Below, in pieces: positions 8,363-19,300 of a stretch of 64,000 bases of DNA. Position numbers and translations under genes: made by a program. How positions within the stretch are numbered: position 1 is the stretch's first letter; each line of letters starts with the position of its first letter. Location of the stretch: sequence record OR062945.1. One strand, 5' to 3'. The DNA is from Escherichia phage 308Ecol101PP. The notes under the pieces are model-generated. The model was not told the origin of the DNA. It searched no databases and saw only the letters and a program-made list of their open reading frames with translations.

Positions 8363-8920
8363 ATGACTGAACAAAAACCTAAAAATAACTATGTGAATAA
8401 TAAAGAGCTTCTCGCCGCTATAATCGAGTGGAAAAAGGAGCTCTTAAATAATAAAGACCCAAACAAAATTATTCGTCAGAATGATACCATCGGTTTAGCA
8501 ATTATGCTTATCGCCGAAGGCCTGTCCAAACGTTTCAACTTTTCAGGATATACCCAGTCTTGGAAGCAGGAGATGATTGCAGATGGGATTGAAGCCTCTA
8601 TTAAGGGACTTCATAATTTCGACGAAACTAAGTACAATAACCCACATGCATACATAACTCGAGCTTGTTTTAATGCTTTTGTCCAACGTATCAAAAAAGA
8701 ACGTAAGGAAGTTGCAAAGAAATATAGTTACTTCGTTCATAATGTCTACGACAGTCATGACGATGATATGGTAGCGTTGGTAGATGAAACGTTTATTCAA
8801 GACATCTACGATAAAATGACGCATTATGAAGAATCCGCTTATAAAGCTCCTGGGGCTGAAAAGAAGGAAGTTGTTAGCGATTCGCCTAGTTTGGATTTTT
8901 TATATGAGGATGACAATTGA
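8363..8920 (+). CDS. 55: late-transcription sigma factor gp55
   Basis: 185 aa, same length as T4 gp55; matches T4 gp55 from memory. Confidence 0.9.
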   Translation: MTEQKPKNNYVNNKELLAAIIEWKKELLNNKDPNKIIRQNDTIGLAIMLIAEGLSKRFNFSGYTQSWKQEMIADGIEASIKGLHNFDETKYNNPHAYITRACFNAFVQRIKKERKEVAKKYSYFVHNVYDSHDDDMVALVDETFIQDIYDKMTHYEESAYKAPGAEKKEVVSDSPSLDFLYEDDN

Positions 8921-9119
8921 CATCTCTAACTACTTAGAAGAACCTTTTGACGAAGCAATCCCTTATTTGGTAAAACTGTTGGGTCGTGAATTTAAGATTA
9001 ATTTTGACATCGACCCTTTGAACCCACATGACGTGTCATTTTCGATAAATGGGACTCCGGTTGAGTATGAGTTCTGTATTGAAGAGGATGGACGTTTTTA
9101 TTTTAATTTAATGAGATAA
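8910..9119 (+). CDS. hypothetical protein (start uncertain)
   Basis: Track ORF 8826..9119 overlaps gene 55; internal ATGs at 8904 and 8910. Confidence 0.35.
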   Translation: MTIDISNYLEEPFDEAIPYLVKLLGREFKINFDIDPLNPHDVSFSINGTPVEYEFCIEEDGRFYFNLMR

Positions 9120-9120
9120 T

Positions 9121-9444
9121 ATGACTACCGAGATTATTGAAAATAAAGAAGCAGAAGATGCAGTAGCTAAAATGCTACAAGAAATCCAAAAGAAAAATGA
9201 AGCTGAAGCACGTAAAAAATCCGAAAAGATTCTTAAAAAGAATCGTTTTGAACTAAACCGTCTTTATGCTCATGCTCAAGAAGCAGCAATTCAAAACAAC
9301 TTCGAAGCTTACGAATATGCTATTAAGAAATCTCGGGATATTCTACGACAACCATATAATGACAAGTTAATTAAAATCCAGTGGGTTACTACTCGTCAGG
9401 CTATTGAGGACATCATTAACGGCGCTAGTTCAAACAAAGTTTAA
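9121..9444 (+). CDS. hypothetical coiled-coil protein
   Basis: 107 aa, Lys/Glu-rich. Confidence 0.45.
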   Translation: MTTEIIENKEAEDAVAKMLQEIQKKNEAEARKKSEKILKKNRFELNRLYAHAQEAAIQNNFEAYEYAIKKSRDILRQPYNDKLIKIQWVTTRQAIEDIINGASSNKV

Positions 9445-9664
9445 ACGTCTGAAGCTGAACGCAGGGTTCACTCTTAAATTGGGAGGTCCTCTTTGTGTTA
9501 AAATCTCTGAAAAGGAATATCACGACGGTTCTATTACAGAAATTTGTCCGCCTATTGTAAAGGCAGACCCAAAACAACTCGTGTGGGTCGATTCATTTCA
9601 AGTTAAGAAATGGTGGAAACGATGAGAGAAATCGATTTAGGTATTTTCTGAGAGGTGATTATGC

Positions 9665-9838
9665 ATGACGAACGACCTGACCTCTGAAAATTTCGATAAA
9701 ATCCGTAAAGGCAAAGCAGAAAGAATGAGACGTTTTAAAGAGTCTTATGATAAAGCTAAAGCCGAAGGAACTATTACATACAAGCCCATTCGATTTAAAA
9801 GTTCAAATGAGCCTCTGTACGGTGTACTATGTGGATAG
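9665..9838 (+). CDS. hypothetical small basic protein (57 aa, not in ORF track)
   Basis: Hand-translated ATG 9665 to TAG 9836-9838 with GAGGTGA upstream; lies at the locus where T4 carries agt. Confidence 0.3.
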   Translation: MTNDLTSENFDKIRKGKAERMRRFKESYDKAKAEGTITYKPIRFKSSNEPLYGVLCG

Positions 9839-9862
9839 GAACTCTTCGGAGTTCCTTTTTTG
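9838..9862 (+). terminator. rho-independent terminator (UUCG tetraloop)
   Basis: GGAACTC-TTCG-GAGTTCC followed by TTTTTTG. Confidence 0.6.
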
Positions 9863-9907
9863 CTTTATAAACGGATGATAGAATGAATTAACTAATGAGG
9901 AAATAAT

Positions 9908-10927
9908 ATGAAAATTTTGCACTTAGGCGACTTCCATATCGGAGTCAAACAAGATGACCCATGGGTTCAAGATATTCAACGTGATGGTATTCGTCAAGCA
10001 ATTGAATACTCTAAGAAACACGGGATTAAAACTTGGATTCAGTACGGTGATTGGTTTGACGTCCGTAAAGCAATAACACATCGTACAATGGAATTCAATC
10101 GTGAAATCGTTGATATGATTTCTAAAGCAGGCATTCACGTTCATGTCACGATAGGAAACCACGACATGGCGTTTAAGAATACAATAACACCTAACACTGT
10201 TTCTGAATTGTTAACTCAATTTGAAAACTTTACTATTTATGAGCATCCAACTACTGTAGATTTTGACGGATGTCTGATTGATATCGTTCCATGGATGTGT
10301 GAAGAAAATACGGGTGAAATCTTAGAGCACATCAAGACTTCTTCTGCTGCGTATTGTGTTGGGCACTGGGAACTGAATGGCTTTTATTTCTATAAAGGAA
10401 TGAAGTCTCATGGGCTTGAACCTGATTTCTTAAAGACCTATAAACAAGTCTGGTCCGGCCACTTCCACACAATCTCTGAAGCTGCTAACGTCAAATATAT
10501 TGGGACACCATGGACCCTTACTGCAGGTGATGAGAACGACCCGCGCGGATTCTGGGTATTTGACACTGATGTTGAACGTATGGAATTTATTCCTAATGAA
10601 ACAACATGGCATCGACGAATCACTTATCCATTTAAAGGCAAAATCAATTATTCTGATTATACTAATCTAGCCGTACGTGTTATAGTATCAGAAATTGATT
10701 CAGAGTTGACTAAGTTTGAATCTGAACTTGAAAAAGTAGTTCACTCTCTTCGTATGGTTTCTAAAGTTGATAACAGTGTTGAATCTGATGACGACCAGGA
10801 AATCGAGATTAAATCACTTCAAGATATCATTAAAGAATATATTGACGCGATTCCAGATATCTCAGACGAAGACAGAGAAGCGCTGGTCAAATATTCCAAC
10901 GAACTTTATATTGAGGCAACACAATGA
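9908..10927 (+). CDS. 47: recombination nuclease subunit gp47 (Mre11-like)
   Basis: 339 aa, phosphoesterase motifs (DFHIG, GNHD, GHWE); matches T4 gp47 from memory. Confidence 0.9.
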   Translation: MKILHLGDFHIGVKQDDPWVQDIQRDGIRQAIEYSKKHGIKTWIQYGDWFDVRKAITHRTMEFNREIVDMISKAGIHVHVTIGNHDMAFKNTITPNTVSELLTQFENFTIYEHPTTVDFDGCLIDIVPWMCEENTGEILEHIKTSSAAYCVGHWELNGFYFYKGMKSHGLEPDFLKTYKQVWSGHFHTISEAANVKYIGTPWTLTAGDENDPRGFWVFDTDVERMEFIPNETTWHRRITYPFKGKINYSDYTNLAVRVIVSEIDSELTKFESELEKVVHSLRMVSKVDNSVESDDDQEIEIKSLQDIIKEYIDAIPDISDEDREALVKYSNELYIEATQ

Positions 10928-11181
10928 CTTTAGATGAATTTAACAATGCTGGACTCGGGCTTGAAGTTGAAATAGACGTTAAAGATGATGATGGATTCGA
11001 GAACACTATCAAGTATTGGATTGAGCCATTACGCGTTGAAGGCAATGAAGTTAAAGCAGTTCATGTCTGCACAGACTGGGCTATTGAATTTAGCTTTAAT
11101 ATAATGGACAACGATACTCCTGGCTCTATTCTTAAAATGGCTGAAGCGTGTATTGAGGACGCGTATAATGACGAAGACTGA
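10924..11181 (+). CDS. hypothetical protein (46.x locus)
   Basis: 85-aa acidic ORF between 47 and 46. Confidence 0.45.
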   Translation: MTLDEFNNAGLGLEVEIDVKDDDGFENTIKYWIEPLRVEGNEVKAVHVCTDWAIEFSFNIMDNDTPGSILKMAEACIEDAYNDED

Positions 11182-11407
11182 TTATGAAATCCATCGTCAT
11201 GAATTTAGTATTGGTGACGGTTATATTGGTGTCGTTGAATGGACTGAGAATTACGAGGAATCAACTCCTCGTTTCTTTGGAACAATGTATGTTACCTGTG
11301 AGTACGCGCCAGGTGTTGTTATTTATGCAGAACTAGATGAATATTTTGCTGATAGAGATGACATGTTAAAATATGTAGAGGACTTCATTCGAAGAGAATA
11401 CATATGA
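11168..11407 (+). CDS. hypothetical protein (46.x locus)
   Basis: Track ORF 11153..11407; ATG 11168 chosen to limit overlap. Confidence 0.4.
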   Translation: MTKTDYEIHRHEFSIGDGYIGVVEWTENYEESTPRFFGTMYVTCEYAPGVVIYAELDEYFADRDDMLKYVEDFIRREYI

Positions 11408-13092
11408 AATCATTTAAATTAAATCGTGTTCGTTATCAAAACATCATGTCGGTAGGTGGGAATCCTATTGACATCCAATTAGATAAAGTCCAAAAGACAT
11501 TAATCACTGGTAAAAATGGCGGTGGTAAATCTACGATGTTAGAAGCCATTACTTTCGGACTTTTCGGTAAACCATTTCGTGATGTTAAGAAAGGGCAAAT
11601 CATTAATAGCACGAACAAGAAAGAGCTCTTAGTTGAGCTTTGGATGGAATTCGATGGTAAAAAATACTTCATTAAACGTGGCCAAAAGCCCAATATTTTC
11701 GAAATCTCCGTTGACGGTGTTCGTCTCGATGAATCTGCCAGCAGTCGTGACTTCCAAGAAGAATTTGAACGTAGCATCGGAATGTCATACGCGTCTTTTA
11801 AACAAATCGTTGTGCTTGGGACGGCAGGGTATACCCCTTTCATGGCTCTTAGCACCCCTGCTCGTAGAAAACTTGTCGAAGACCTTTTAGAAGTCGGCAC
11901 ACTCGCCGAAATGGATAAAATCAATAAGTCTCAAGTTCGAGAACTTAATTCTCAGGGACAAGTTCTTGATGCCAAGAAAGATGGTATTATCCAACAAATT
12001 AAGATTTATAATGAGAATATCGAACGTCAAAAGAAATTATCTGGTGATAATGTAGCGCGTCTACAGAATATGTATGACGACCTAGCCAAAGAAGCTCGTT
12101 CATTAAAAGCAGAAATCGAAGAAGCTAATGAGCGACTACTTAATATCGTTCTTGATGAAGACCCTACTGAGGCATTCAACAAGATCGGACAAGAAGCATT
12201 CTTGATTAAATCTAAAATCGACTCATATAACAAAGTTATTAAGATGTATCATGACGGTGGTACATGTCCTACTTGTGCATCGCAGTTGCACCAGGGTGAT
12301 CCTATTGTCTCTAAGATTACCGATAAGCTTCACGAATGTAATCACTCATTCGAGCAACTTACATGTCACAGAGATAATCTGAGTGTCCTAGTGGACGAAT
12401 ATAGAGCTAATGTTAAGACTAAACAGGACCTTGCATCTGATATTCGTACCAAGAAACAAGCAATGATTGCCACTATTGATAAAGCTAAGAAAGTTAAAGC
12501 TGCAATAGAGCAAGCCTCAGCAGAATTTATCGACCATGCCGATGAGATAGCTTTGCTTCAAAAAGAACTTGATAAAATCATTAAAACAAAATCAGATATC
12601 GTTCTTGAAAAATACCATCGTGGTATTATCACAGATATGTTAAAAGATTCTGGTATTAAAGGTGCTATCATTAAAAAATATGTGCCTCTGTTCAACAAGC
12701 AGATTAACCATTATCTTAAAATCATGGAAGCTGATTACGTGTTTTCTATTGATGAAGAATTCAATGAATCTATAAAATCACGTGGCCGTGAAGAGTTCAG
12801 TTATGCTTCATTTAGTCAAGGCGAAAAAGCGCGTATCGATATCGCATTGTTGTTTACATGGCGAGATATTGCTGAAAAGGTCTCTGGTGTTAGAATCAAT
12901 ACATTAATTATGGACGAAGTCATGGATTCCGCGACTGATTCTGAAGGTATTAAAGCTATTTCAACAATTCTTAACTCTCTAACCGATGCAAACGTGTTTA
13001 TAATTAGTCACAGAGACCATGACCCACAAGCTTATGGACAACATCTTCAAATGAGCAAAGTTGGACGATTTACTGTAATGACTGTTTCATAA
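11404..13092 (+). CDS. 46: recombination nuclease subunit gp46 (Rad50/SbcC-like ATPase)
   Basis: 562 aa, Walker A GKNGGGKST, coiled-coil middle with CPTC zinc hook, C-terminal signature/Walker B. Confidence 0.9.
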   Translation: MKSFKLNRVRYQNIMSVGGNPIDIQLDKVQKTLITGKNGGGKSTMLEAITFGLFGKPFRDVKKGQIINSTNKKELLVELWMEFDGKKYFIKRGQKPNIFEISVDGVRLDESASSRDFQEEFERSIGMSYASFKQIVVLGTAGYTPFMALSTPARRKLVEDLLEVGTLAEMDKINKSQVRELNSQGQVLDAKKDGIIQQIKIYNENIERQKKLSGDNVARLQNMYDDLAKEARSLKAEIEEANERLLNIVLDEDPTEAFNKIGQEAFLIKSKIDSYNKVIKMYHDGGTCPTCASQLHQGDPIVSKITDKLHECNHSFEQLTCHRDNLSVLVDEYRANVKTKQDLASDIRTKKQAMIATIDKAKKVKAAIEQASAEFIDHADEIALLQKELDKIIKTKSDIVLEKYHRGIITDMLKDSGIKGAIIKKYVPLFNKQINHYLKIMEADYVFSIDEEFNESIKSRGREEFSYASFSQGEKARIDIALLFTWRDIAEKVSGVRINTLIMDEVMDSATDSEGIKAISTILNSLTDANVFIISHRDHDPQAYGQHLQMSKVGRFTVMTVS

Positions 13093-13118
13093 ACGCTTTA
13101 ACACGATGTGGTTATAAT
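13092..13118 (+). promoter_or_regulatory. candidate MotA-dependent middle promoter
   Basis: AACGCTTTA box, then 12 nt, then TATAAT (13113-13118). Confidence 0.4.
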
Positions 13119-13146
13119 GACCACATCAAATTAAATGGAGAACAAC

Positions 13147-13335
13147 ATGGAGTATTCAACTGGCCAACATCTTCTCGTTGTCCCTGAAATTAAAAAATAT
13201 GTTTTGACCAATACGTTTTCAGGTGAAGAACATATTGTTACTGAACAAATGCTCAAATCTGCTTTTAAAGATGAGTATAATAAAATAATGTCTAATCGCA
13301 ATTCCGCATGGACAGTTACCGACTTCTACGAATAA
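13147..13335 (+). CDS. hypothetical protein (45.2 locus)
   Basis: Track ORF 13135..13335; second ATG has GGAGA upstream. Confidence 0.4.
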   Translation: MEYSTGQHLLVVPEIKKYVLTNTFSGEEHIVTEQMLKSAFKDEYNKIMSNRNSAWTVTDFYE

Positions 13336-13347
13336 GAGAGAAATAAT

Positions 13348-13764
13348 ATGTTTACTACTGCTAAAGGTTTCACTGCTGCTGATCTGAAAGTTACTTCTAT
13401 CCGTACTGACGCTAACCCACATAACCATAATCGTGTTCGTAAAGCATGGGTCCTGCATTGTGATGACGCAAGTGCTAAAAAACTCCAATCTTTGCCACAA
13501 GAAACTCGTTTTATGATTTATGGTTTTATTGATAACGATGTATCTGATATGTGGATTCATCTGATGCGTAAGCACTATAAAGATTCTATTGAAGCCGGCG
13601 GAAAAATCGTTCTTGATAAAGATGGTTCTGAGCGTCTGGAAGATCTCTACTGTGTTGATGCCGACGAACAACTAATTGCAGCTGGTGAAATTGTTGCTTC
13701 TAAAATTCCAGAATATATTGAATCACTGCCTGAAGCTATTAAAAAGCAGATGGTTGCTGCATAA
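13348..13764 (+). CDS. rpbA: RNA polymerase binding protein RpbA (by position)
   Basis: 138 aa, directly upstream of gene 45 as in T4; no recognisable motif. Confidence 0.5.
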   Translation: MFTTAKGFTAADLKVTSIRTDANPHNHNRVRKAWVLHCDDASAKKLQSLPQETRFMIYGFIDNDVSDMWIHLMRKHYKDSIEAGGKIVLDKDGSERLEDLYCVDADEQLIAAGEIVASKIPEYIESLPEAIKKQMVAA

Positions 13765-13806
13765 TAAATTTGTTATAAACTTTGAATTGTCTTGAAAGGA
13801 AATAAA

Positions 13807-14493
13807 ATGAAACTGTCTAAAGATACTATCGCTATTCTGAAAAACTTTGCCTCTATTAACTCCGGCATTCTGCTGAGTCAAGGTAAATTTATTATGACTC
13901 GTGCAGTTAATGGCACCACTTATGCGGAAGCAAATATCTCTGATGAAATTGATTTTGACGTAGCACTTTATGATTTGAATAGCTTCTTAAGCATTTTGAG
14001 TCTAGTGTCTGATGATGCTGAAATTTCGATGCACACCGATGGCAATATTAAAATTGCAGATACACGTTCCACGGTTTATTGGCCTGCCGCTGACAAGAGC
14101 ACCATTGTTTTTCCTAATAAGCCAATTCAATTCCCAGTGGCTTCTGTGATTACTGAAATTAAAGCCGAAGACCTTCAACAATTGCTTCGAGTTTCACGTG
14201 GTCTTCAGATTGATACAATTGCTATTACAAATAAAGATGGTAAAATTGTTATCAACGGCTATAATAAAGTTGAAGATTCTGGACTAACTCGTCCTAAGTA
14301 TTCTTTGACTCTTACCGATTATGATGGTTCTAACAATTTTAACTTCGTAATCAATATGGCTAATATGAAAATCCAGCCAGGTAACTATAAAGTAATGTTG
14401 TGGGGAGCTGGTGATAAAGTTGCAGCCAAGTTTGAAAGCTCTCAAGTAAGTTATGTTATTGCGATGGAAGCCGATTCTACTCACGACTTCTAA
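13807..14493 (+). CDS. 45: sliding clamp gp45
   Basis: 228 aa starting MKLSKDT; matches T4 gp45 in length and sequence from memory; track start 13792 is TTG. Confidence 0.9.
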   Translation: MKLSKDTIAILKNFASINSGILLSQGKFIMTRAVNGTTYAEANISDEIDFDVALYDLNSFLSILSLVSDDAEISMHTDGNIKIADTRSTVYWPAADKSTIVFPNKPIQFPVASVITEIKAEDLQQLLRVSRGLQIDTIAITNKDGKIVINGYNKVEDSGLTRPKYSLTLTDYDGSNNFNFVINMANMKIQPGNYKVMLWGAGDKVAAKFESSQVSYVIAMEADSTHDF

Positions 14494-14496
14494 GTC

Positions 14497-14523
14497 AAAG
14501 CTTTACGTTTATTGTGATACGAT
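14497..14523 (+). promoter_or_regulatory. candidate MotA-dependent middle promoter upstream of gene 44
   Basis: AAAGCTTTA box, then 12 nt, then TACGAT. Confidence 0.4.
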
Positions 14524-14526
14524 TAT

Positions 14527-14542
14527 GGAGGAGAAATCCTCC
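14527..14542 (+). promoter_or_regulatory. 5' UTR hairpin upstream of gene 44
   Basis: GGAGG-AGAAAT-CCTCC inverted repeat 27 nt upstream of the start. Confidence 0.35.
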
Positions 14543-14568
14543 GGTTTAATGATAATGAGGAAAATTAC

Positions 14569-15531
14569 ATGATTACTATCAATTCCAAAGAACACATTCT
14601 AGAACAGAAATATCGTCCTTCTTCCATTGACGAATGTATTCTGCCTGCGTATGACCATGAAACATTCAAGTCTTTAGTATCTAAAGGAAAACTTCCTCAT
14701 ATTATTTTGCACTCTCCTTCTCCTGGTACAGGTAAAACAACCGTAGCAAAAGCATTATGTAATGATATCAATGCCGAAATGATGTTCGTCAACGGTTCTG
14801 ATTGTAAGATTGATTTTGTACGGGGACCGTTAACCGCATTCGCTCGTTCAGTCTCAATGGAAGGCAAGCCTAAAGTTATTGTTATTGATGAATTTGACCG
14901 TAGTGGCCTCGCCGAATCACAACGTCACCTTCGTACGTTTATGGAAGAATTCTCTAGTAACTGCTCTATTATTATTACTGCTAACAACATCGATGGAATT
15001 ATTGAACCATTACGTAGTCGTTGTCGAGTTATCGAATTCGGACGTCCAACCGAAGAAGATAAAATCTCGATGATGAAGAAAATGATTCATCGTATGGTTG
15101 AAATCTGTAAGAACGAAAATATCGAAATCGCTGATATGAAAGTTGTTGCAGCTCTGGTTAAAAAGAACTTCCCAGACTTTCGTCGAACAATTGGCCAATT
15201 AGACCAGTACTCGTCTAAAGGTGTTCTTGATGCGGGTATTTTGTCTATCGTAACTAATGACCGTGGCACAGTCTCTGATGTTATCGAAGCAATGAAGAAC
15301 AAAGATATCAAACAGCTTCGTGCATTAGCTCCAAAATATGCCGCAGATTATTCATGGTTCATCGATAAATTAGTTTCAGAATGTTATGACCAAGTTGCAC
15401 CTGGTAAAAGTATTATTTCGCTTTATGAAATTGCAGGCGAAAACAATAAGTTTCATGGATTAGCAAGTAATATTGAATTACATGTTATGTATATGCTTCT
15501 TCAACTGACCTGCGAACTGACTTGGAAATAA
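14569..15531 (+). CDS. 44: clamp loader large subunit gp44 (AAA+)
   Basis: 320 aa, Walker [11 protein letters not shown], Walker B VIVIDEFD. Confidence 0.9.
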   Translation: MITINSKEHILEQKYRPSSIDECILPAYDHETFKSLVSKGKLPHIILHSPSPGTGKTTVAKALCNDINAEMMFVNGSDCKIDFVRGPLTAFARSVSMEGKPKVIVIDEFDRSGLAESQRHLRTFMEEFSSNCSIIITANNIDGIIEPLRSRCRVIEFGRPTEEDKISMMKKMIHRMVEICKNENIEIADMKVVAALVKKNFPDFRRTIGQLDQYSSKGVLDAGILSIVTNDRGTVSDVIEAMKNKDIKQLRALAPKYAADYSWFIDKLVSECYDQVAPGKSIISLYEIAGENNKFHGLASNIELHVMYMLLQLTCELTWK

Positions 15532-15532
15532 T

Positions 15533-16096
15533 ATGAACTTATTCGATGATGACGTCCAGCTTAACGAGCACCAAATTGCATGGAAGTCTAATGACGCTGA
15601 TGCGATTCAAAAATGTGCTGATATGTTTAAAGAAAAACCTGAGAATGAATTCTTTAAAATCATTAATGCTATTAATGAAAAGAAATCTATGTCAATTGCT
15701 CAGGTCGACTACTCAAAATTTATGGTTGAGAACTCATTATCCCAGTTCCCAGAATGTATGCCAGCTGTTTACATGATGAACTTAGTCGGTTCTGAATTAA
15801 GTGATGAAGCGCACTTCAACTATATGATGGCGGCAATTCCGCGTGGTCGTCGATTCTCTAAATGGGCTAAACTAGTCGAAGACACTTCAGAGTTACTAGT
15901 TATCAAACTGTTGATGAAACATTACACAATCAACATGAATGATGCTACTGAGTATAAGCGGCTCCTTGAAAAAAATAACAAGTTGCCAATAGTCCTTAAA
16001 GAACTGAAGGCCATGGTCACTGATGAGTTTCTCAAAGAAGTTACAAAAAATGTGAAAGAACAAAAACAATTTAAAAAATTAGCATTGGAATGGTAA
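15533..16096 (+). CDS. 62: clamp loader small subunit gp62
   Basis: 187 aa, same length as T4 gp62, immediately after gene 44. Confidence 0.85.
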   Translation: MNLFDDDVQLNEHQIAWKSNDADAIQKCADMFKEKPENEFFKIINAINEKKSMSIAQVDYSKFMVENSLSQFPECMPAVYMMNLVGSELSDEAHFNYMMAAIPRGRRFSKWAKLVEDTSELLVIKLLMKHYTINMNDATEYKRLLEKNNKLPIVLKELKAMVTDEFLKEVTKNVKEQKQFKKLALEW

Positions 16097-16098
16097 AA

Positions 16099-16467
16099 AT
16101 GATTGAAATTAAATTGAAGAACCCTGAAGATTTTCTGAAAGTCAAAGAGACTTTGACCCGTATGGGCATCGCTAATAACAAGGATAAAGTCCTTTACCAG
16201 TCTTGTCATATCCTCCAAAAGCAAGGTAAGTACTATATCGTCCACTTTAAAGAAATGCTGCGTATGGACGGACGTCAGGTTGATATTGACGGTGAAGACT
16301 ATCAGCGACGTGATTCGATTGCTCAGTTGCTTGAAGACTGGGGATTGATTGTTATTGAAGACTCTGCTCGTGAAGATCTGTTTGGCCTGACTAATAACTT
16401 CCGTGTTATCTCTTTTAAACAGAAAGATGACTGGACTTTGAAAGCAAAATATACAATTGGTAATTAA
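16099..16467 (+). CDS. regA: translational repressor RegA
   Basis: 122 aa starting MIEIKLKNPEDFLKVKETLTRMGIANNKDKVLYQSCHILQK; matches T4 RegA from memory. Confidence 0.85.
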   Translation: MIEIKLKNPEDFLKVKETLTRMGIANNKDKVLYQSCHILQKQGKYYIVHFKEMLRMDGRQVDIDGEDYQRRDSIAQLLEDWGLIVIEDSAREDLFGLTNNFRVISFKQKDDWTLKAKYTIGN

Positions 16468-16472
16468 AGCAA

Positions 16473-16491
16473 TGGGACTTCGGTCCCATTT
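16473..16491 (+). terminator. hairpin with UUCG tetraloop after regA (short U tract)
   Basis: TGGGAC-TTCG-GTCCCA followed by TTT, then TATAAT at 16496. Confidence 0.4.
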
Positions 16492-16548
16492 GGAGTATAA
16501 TAAGTTCATCAACAAACAAAAGACAATAACTCGTCTAAAGGAAATTAA

Positions 16549-19260
16549 ATGAAAGAATTTTACTTAACGGTTGAACAGATTGGTGATTCAATTTTTGAAC
16601 GTTACATCGATTCTAACGGCCGTGAACGTACTCGTGAAGTAGAATATAAACCATCACTGTTTGCTCATTGTCCAGAAAGTCAGGCTACGAAATATTTCGA
16701 TATCTACGGTAAGCCGTGTACTCGTAAGTTGTTCGCCAATATGCGTGATGCCTCCCAATGGATTAAACGCATGGAAGATATCGGACTTGAAGCACTTGGC
16801 ATGGATGATTTCAAATTGGCGTATTTGTCTGACACTTATAACTATGAAATCAAATACGACCATACAAAAATTCGTGTGGCTAACTTCGACATCGAAGTAA
16901 CATCTCCGGACGGGTTCCCTGAGCCGTCACAAGCAAAACATCCGATTGATGCTATCACTCATTATGACTCAATTGATGACAGGTTTTATGTATTTGACCT
17001 TTTGAATTCTCCATATGGTAATGTAGAAGAATGGTCTATTGAAATCGCTGCTAAGCTTCAAGAACAAGGCGGTGATGAAGTTCCATCTGAAATTATCGAT
17101 AAAATCATTTATATGCCGTTCGATAACGAAAAAGAATTGTTGATGGAATATCTCAACTTCTGGCAACAGAAAACTCCTGTCATTTTGACTGGATGGAACG
17201 TTGAGTCATTTGATATTCCATATGTGTATAACCGAATCAAGAATATTTTTGGCGAATCTACTGCGAAACGTTTATCACCACATCGTAAAACTCGTGTTAA
17301 AGTTATCGAAAACATGTATGGTTCTCGTGAAATCATTACATTGTTCGGTATCTCTGTTCTTGATTACATTGACCTTTACAAAAAATTCTCTTTTACCAAT
17401 CAACCATCATATTCTCTGGATTACATTTCAGAATTTGAATTGAACGTTGGTAAACTGAAATATGACGGCCCTATTTCTAAGCTTCGTGAAAGCAATCACC
17501 AACGATATATTTCTTATAACATTATCGACGTGTATCGTGTATTGCAAATTGATGCTAAACGTCAGTTCATCAACTTGAGTTTGGACATGGGTTATTATGC
17601 TAAGATACAGATTCAATCTGTGTTTAGCCCAATTAAAACATGGGATGCTATTATTTTTAATAGCCTTAAAGAGCAGAACAAGGTGATTCCACAAGGTCGT
17701 TCTCACCCGGTTCAACCTTATCCCGGCGCTTTTGTTAAGGAACCTATTCCAAATCGATACAAATATGTAATGAGTTTCGACCTTACATCTCTGTATCCAA
17801 GTATTATTCGCCAAGTGAATATTAGCCCAGAAACAATAGCAGGAACGTTTAAAGTAGCTCCACTACATGATTATATTAACGCAATCGCTGAACGTCCTTC
17901 TGATGTGTACAGTTGTTCTCCTAACGGCATGATGTATTATAAAGACCGTGACGGTGTTGTTCCAACTGAAATCACTAAAGTCTTTAATCAACGTAAAGAA
18001 CATAAAGGTTACATGCTTGCAGCTCAACGTAATGGCGAAATAATTAAAGAGGCATTGCATAATCCTAATCTTTCTGTTGACGAACCATTAGATGTTGATT
18101 ATCGTTTCGACTTCAGTGATGAGATTAAAGAAAAGATTAAAAAGTTGTCTGCTAAATCTCTTAATGAAATGTTGTTTAGAGCTCAACGTACTGAAGTTGC
18201 AGGTATGACTGCCCAAATTAACCGTAAATTGCTTATCAACTCACTTTATGGTGCACTTGGCAACGTTTGGTTCCGTTATTATGATTTGCGTAATGCTACT
18301 GCAATCACAACATTCGGGCAAATGGCTTTACAGTGGATTGAACGTAAAGTTAATGAATATCTGAATGAAGTTTGTGGCACAGAAGGTGAAGCTTTCGTTC
18401 TTTATGGTGATACAGACTCTATTTACGTATCTGCTGATAAAATTATCGATAAGGTTGGTGAATCTAAATTCCGTGATACCAACCATTGGGTAGACTTCTT
18501 AGATAAGTTTGCACGTGAACGTATGGAACCAGCTATTGATAGAGGTTTCCGTGAAATGTGTGAATACATGAACAATAAACAACACTTAATGTTCATGGAC
18601 CGAGAAGCTATCGCTGGGCCTCCACTCGGTTCTAAAGGTATTGGTGGATTCTGGACTGGTAAGAAACGTTATGCATTAAACGTGTGGGATATGGAAGGAA
18701 CCAGATACGCTGAGCCTAAACTCAAAATCATGGGTCTAGAGACTCAGAAATCTTCGACTCCTAAAGCAGTACAGAAAGCTCTTAAAGAATGTATTCGTCG
18801 TATGCTTCAAGAAGGTGAAGAATCATTACAAGAATATTTTAAAGAGTTTGAAAAAGAATTCCGTCAATTGAATTATATTAGCATCGCGTCGGTATCTTCT
18901 GCGAATAACATTGCTAAATATGATGTAGGTGGATTCCCTGGTCCTAAATGCCCGTTCCATATTCGTGGAATTCTGACGTATAACCGGGCTATCAAAGGTA
19001 ATATCGATGCACCGCAAGTTGTAGAAGGTGAAAAAGTATATGTTCTGCCTTTACGTGAAGGAAACCCATTCGGTGATAAATGTATCGCATGGCCTTCTGG
19101 TACTGAAATCACAGATTTAATTAAAGACGATGTACTTCATTGGATGGACTACACTGTTCTCCTTGAGAAGACATTTATTAAACCACTTGAAGGATTCACA
19201 TCAGCAGCGAAACTCGATTACGAGAAGAAAGCATCTCTGTTCGATATGTTCGATTTTTGA
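16549..19260 (+). CDS. 43: DNA polymerase gp43 (family B, with 3'-5' exonuclease)
   Basis: 903 aa; exonuclease motif FDIEV, polymerase motifs DLTSLYPSI, KLLINSLYG and YGDTDS; N-terminus matches my memory of RB69 gp43. Confidence 0.95.
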   Translation: MKEFYLTVEQIGDSIFERYIDSNGRERTREVEYKPSLFAHCPESQATKYFDIYGKPCTRKLFANMRDASQWIKRMEDIGLEALGMDDFKLAYLSDTYNYEIKYDHTKIRVANFDIEVTSPDGFPEPSQAKHPIDAITHYDSIDDRFYVFDLLNSPYGNVEEWSIEIAAKLQEQGGDEVPSEIIDKIIYMPFDNEKELLMEYLNFWQQKTPVILTGWNVESFDIPYVYNRIKNIFGESTAKRLSPHRKTRVKVIENMYGSREIITLFGISVLDYIDLYKKFSFTNQPSYSLDYISEFELNVGKLKYDGPISKLRESNHQRYISYNIIDVYRVLQIDAKRQFINLSLDMGYYAKIQIQSVFSPIKTWDAIIFNSLKEQNKVIPQGRSHPVQPYPGAFVKEPIPNRYKYVMSFDLTSLYPSIIRQVNISPETIAGTFKVAPLHDYINAIAERPSDVYSCSPNGMMYYKDRDGVVPTEITKVFNQRKEHKGYMLAAQRNGEIIKEALHNPNLSVDEPLDVDYRFDFSDEIKEKIKKLSAKSLNEMLFRAQRTEVAGMTAQINRKLLINSLYGALGNVWFRYYDLRNATAITTFGQMALQWIERKVNEYLNEVCGTEGEAFVLYGDTDSIYVSADKIIDKVGESKFRDTNHWVDFLDKFARERMEPAIDRGFREMCEYMNNKQHLMFMDREAIAGPPLGSKGIGGFWTGKKRYALNVWDMEGTRYAEPKLKIMGLETQKSSTPKAVQKALKECIRRMLQEGEESLQEYFKEFEKEFRQLNYISIASVSSANNIAKYDVGGFPGPKCPFHIRGILTYNRAIKGNIDAPQVVEGEKVYVLPLREGNPFGDKCIAWPSGTEITDLIKDDVLHWMDYTVLLEKTFIKPLEGFTSAAKLDYEKKASLFDMFDF

Positions 19261-19300
19261 TATAATGACATGGACGGTAAACTAATTAAATGAGAGAAAT

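Noticed and set aside
11436-11924. Minus-strand ORF of 162 aa inside gene 46; similar minus-strand ORFs lie inside genes 45.2/rpbA (13219..13671), 62/regA (15922..16515), modB (37461..37940), 43, 41, rIIA and others
   Set aside because: They lie entirely within well-supported plus-strand genes, have no ribosome-binding sites and have low-complexity translations; they look like shadow ORFs of the opposite-strand coding frame.
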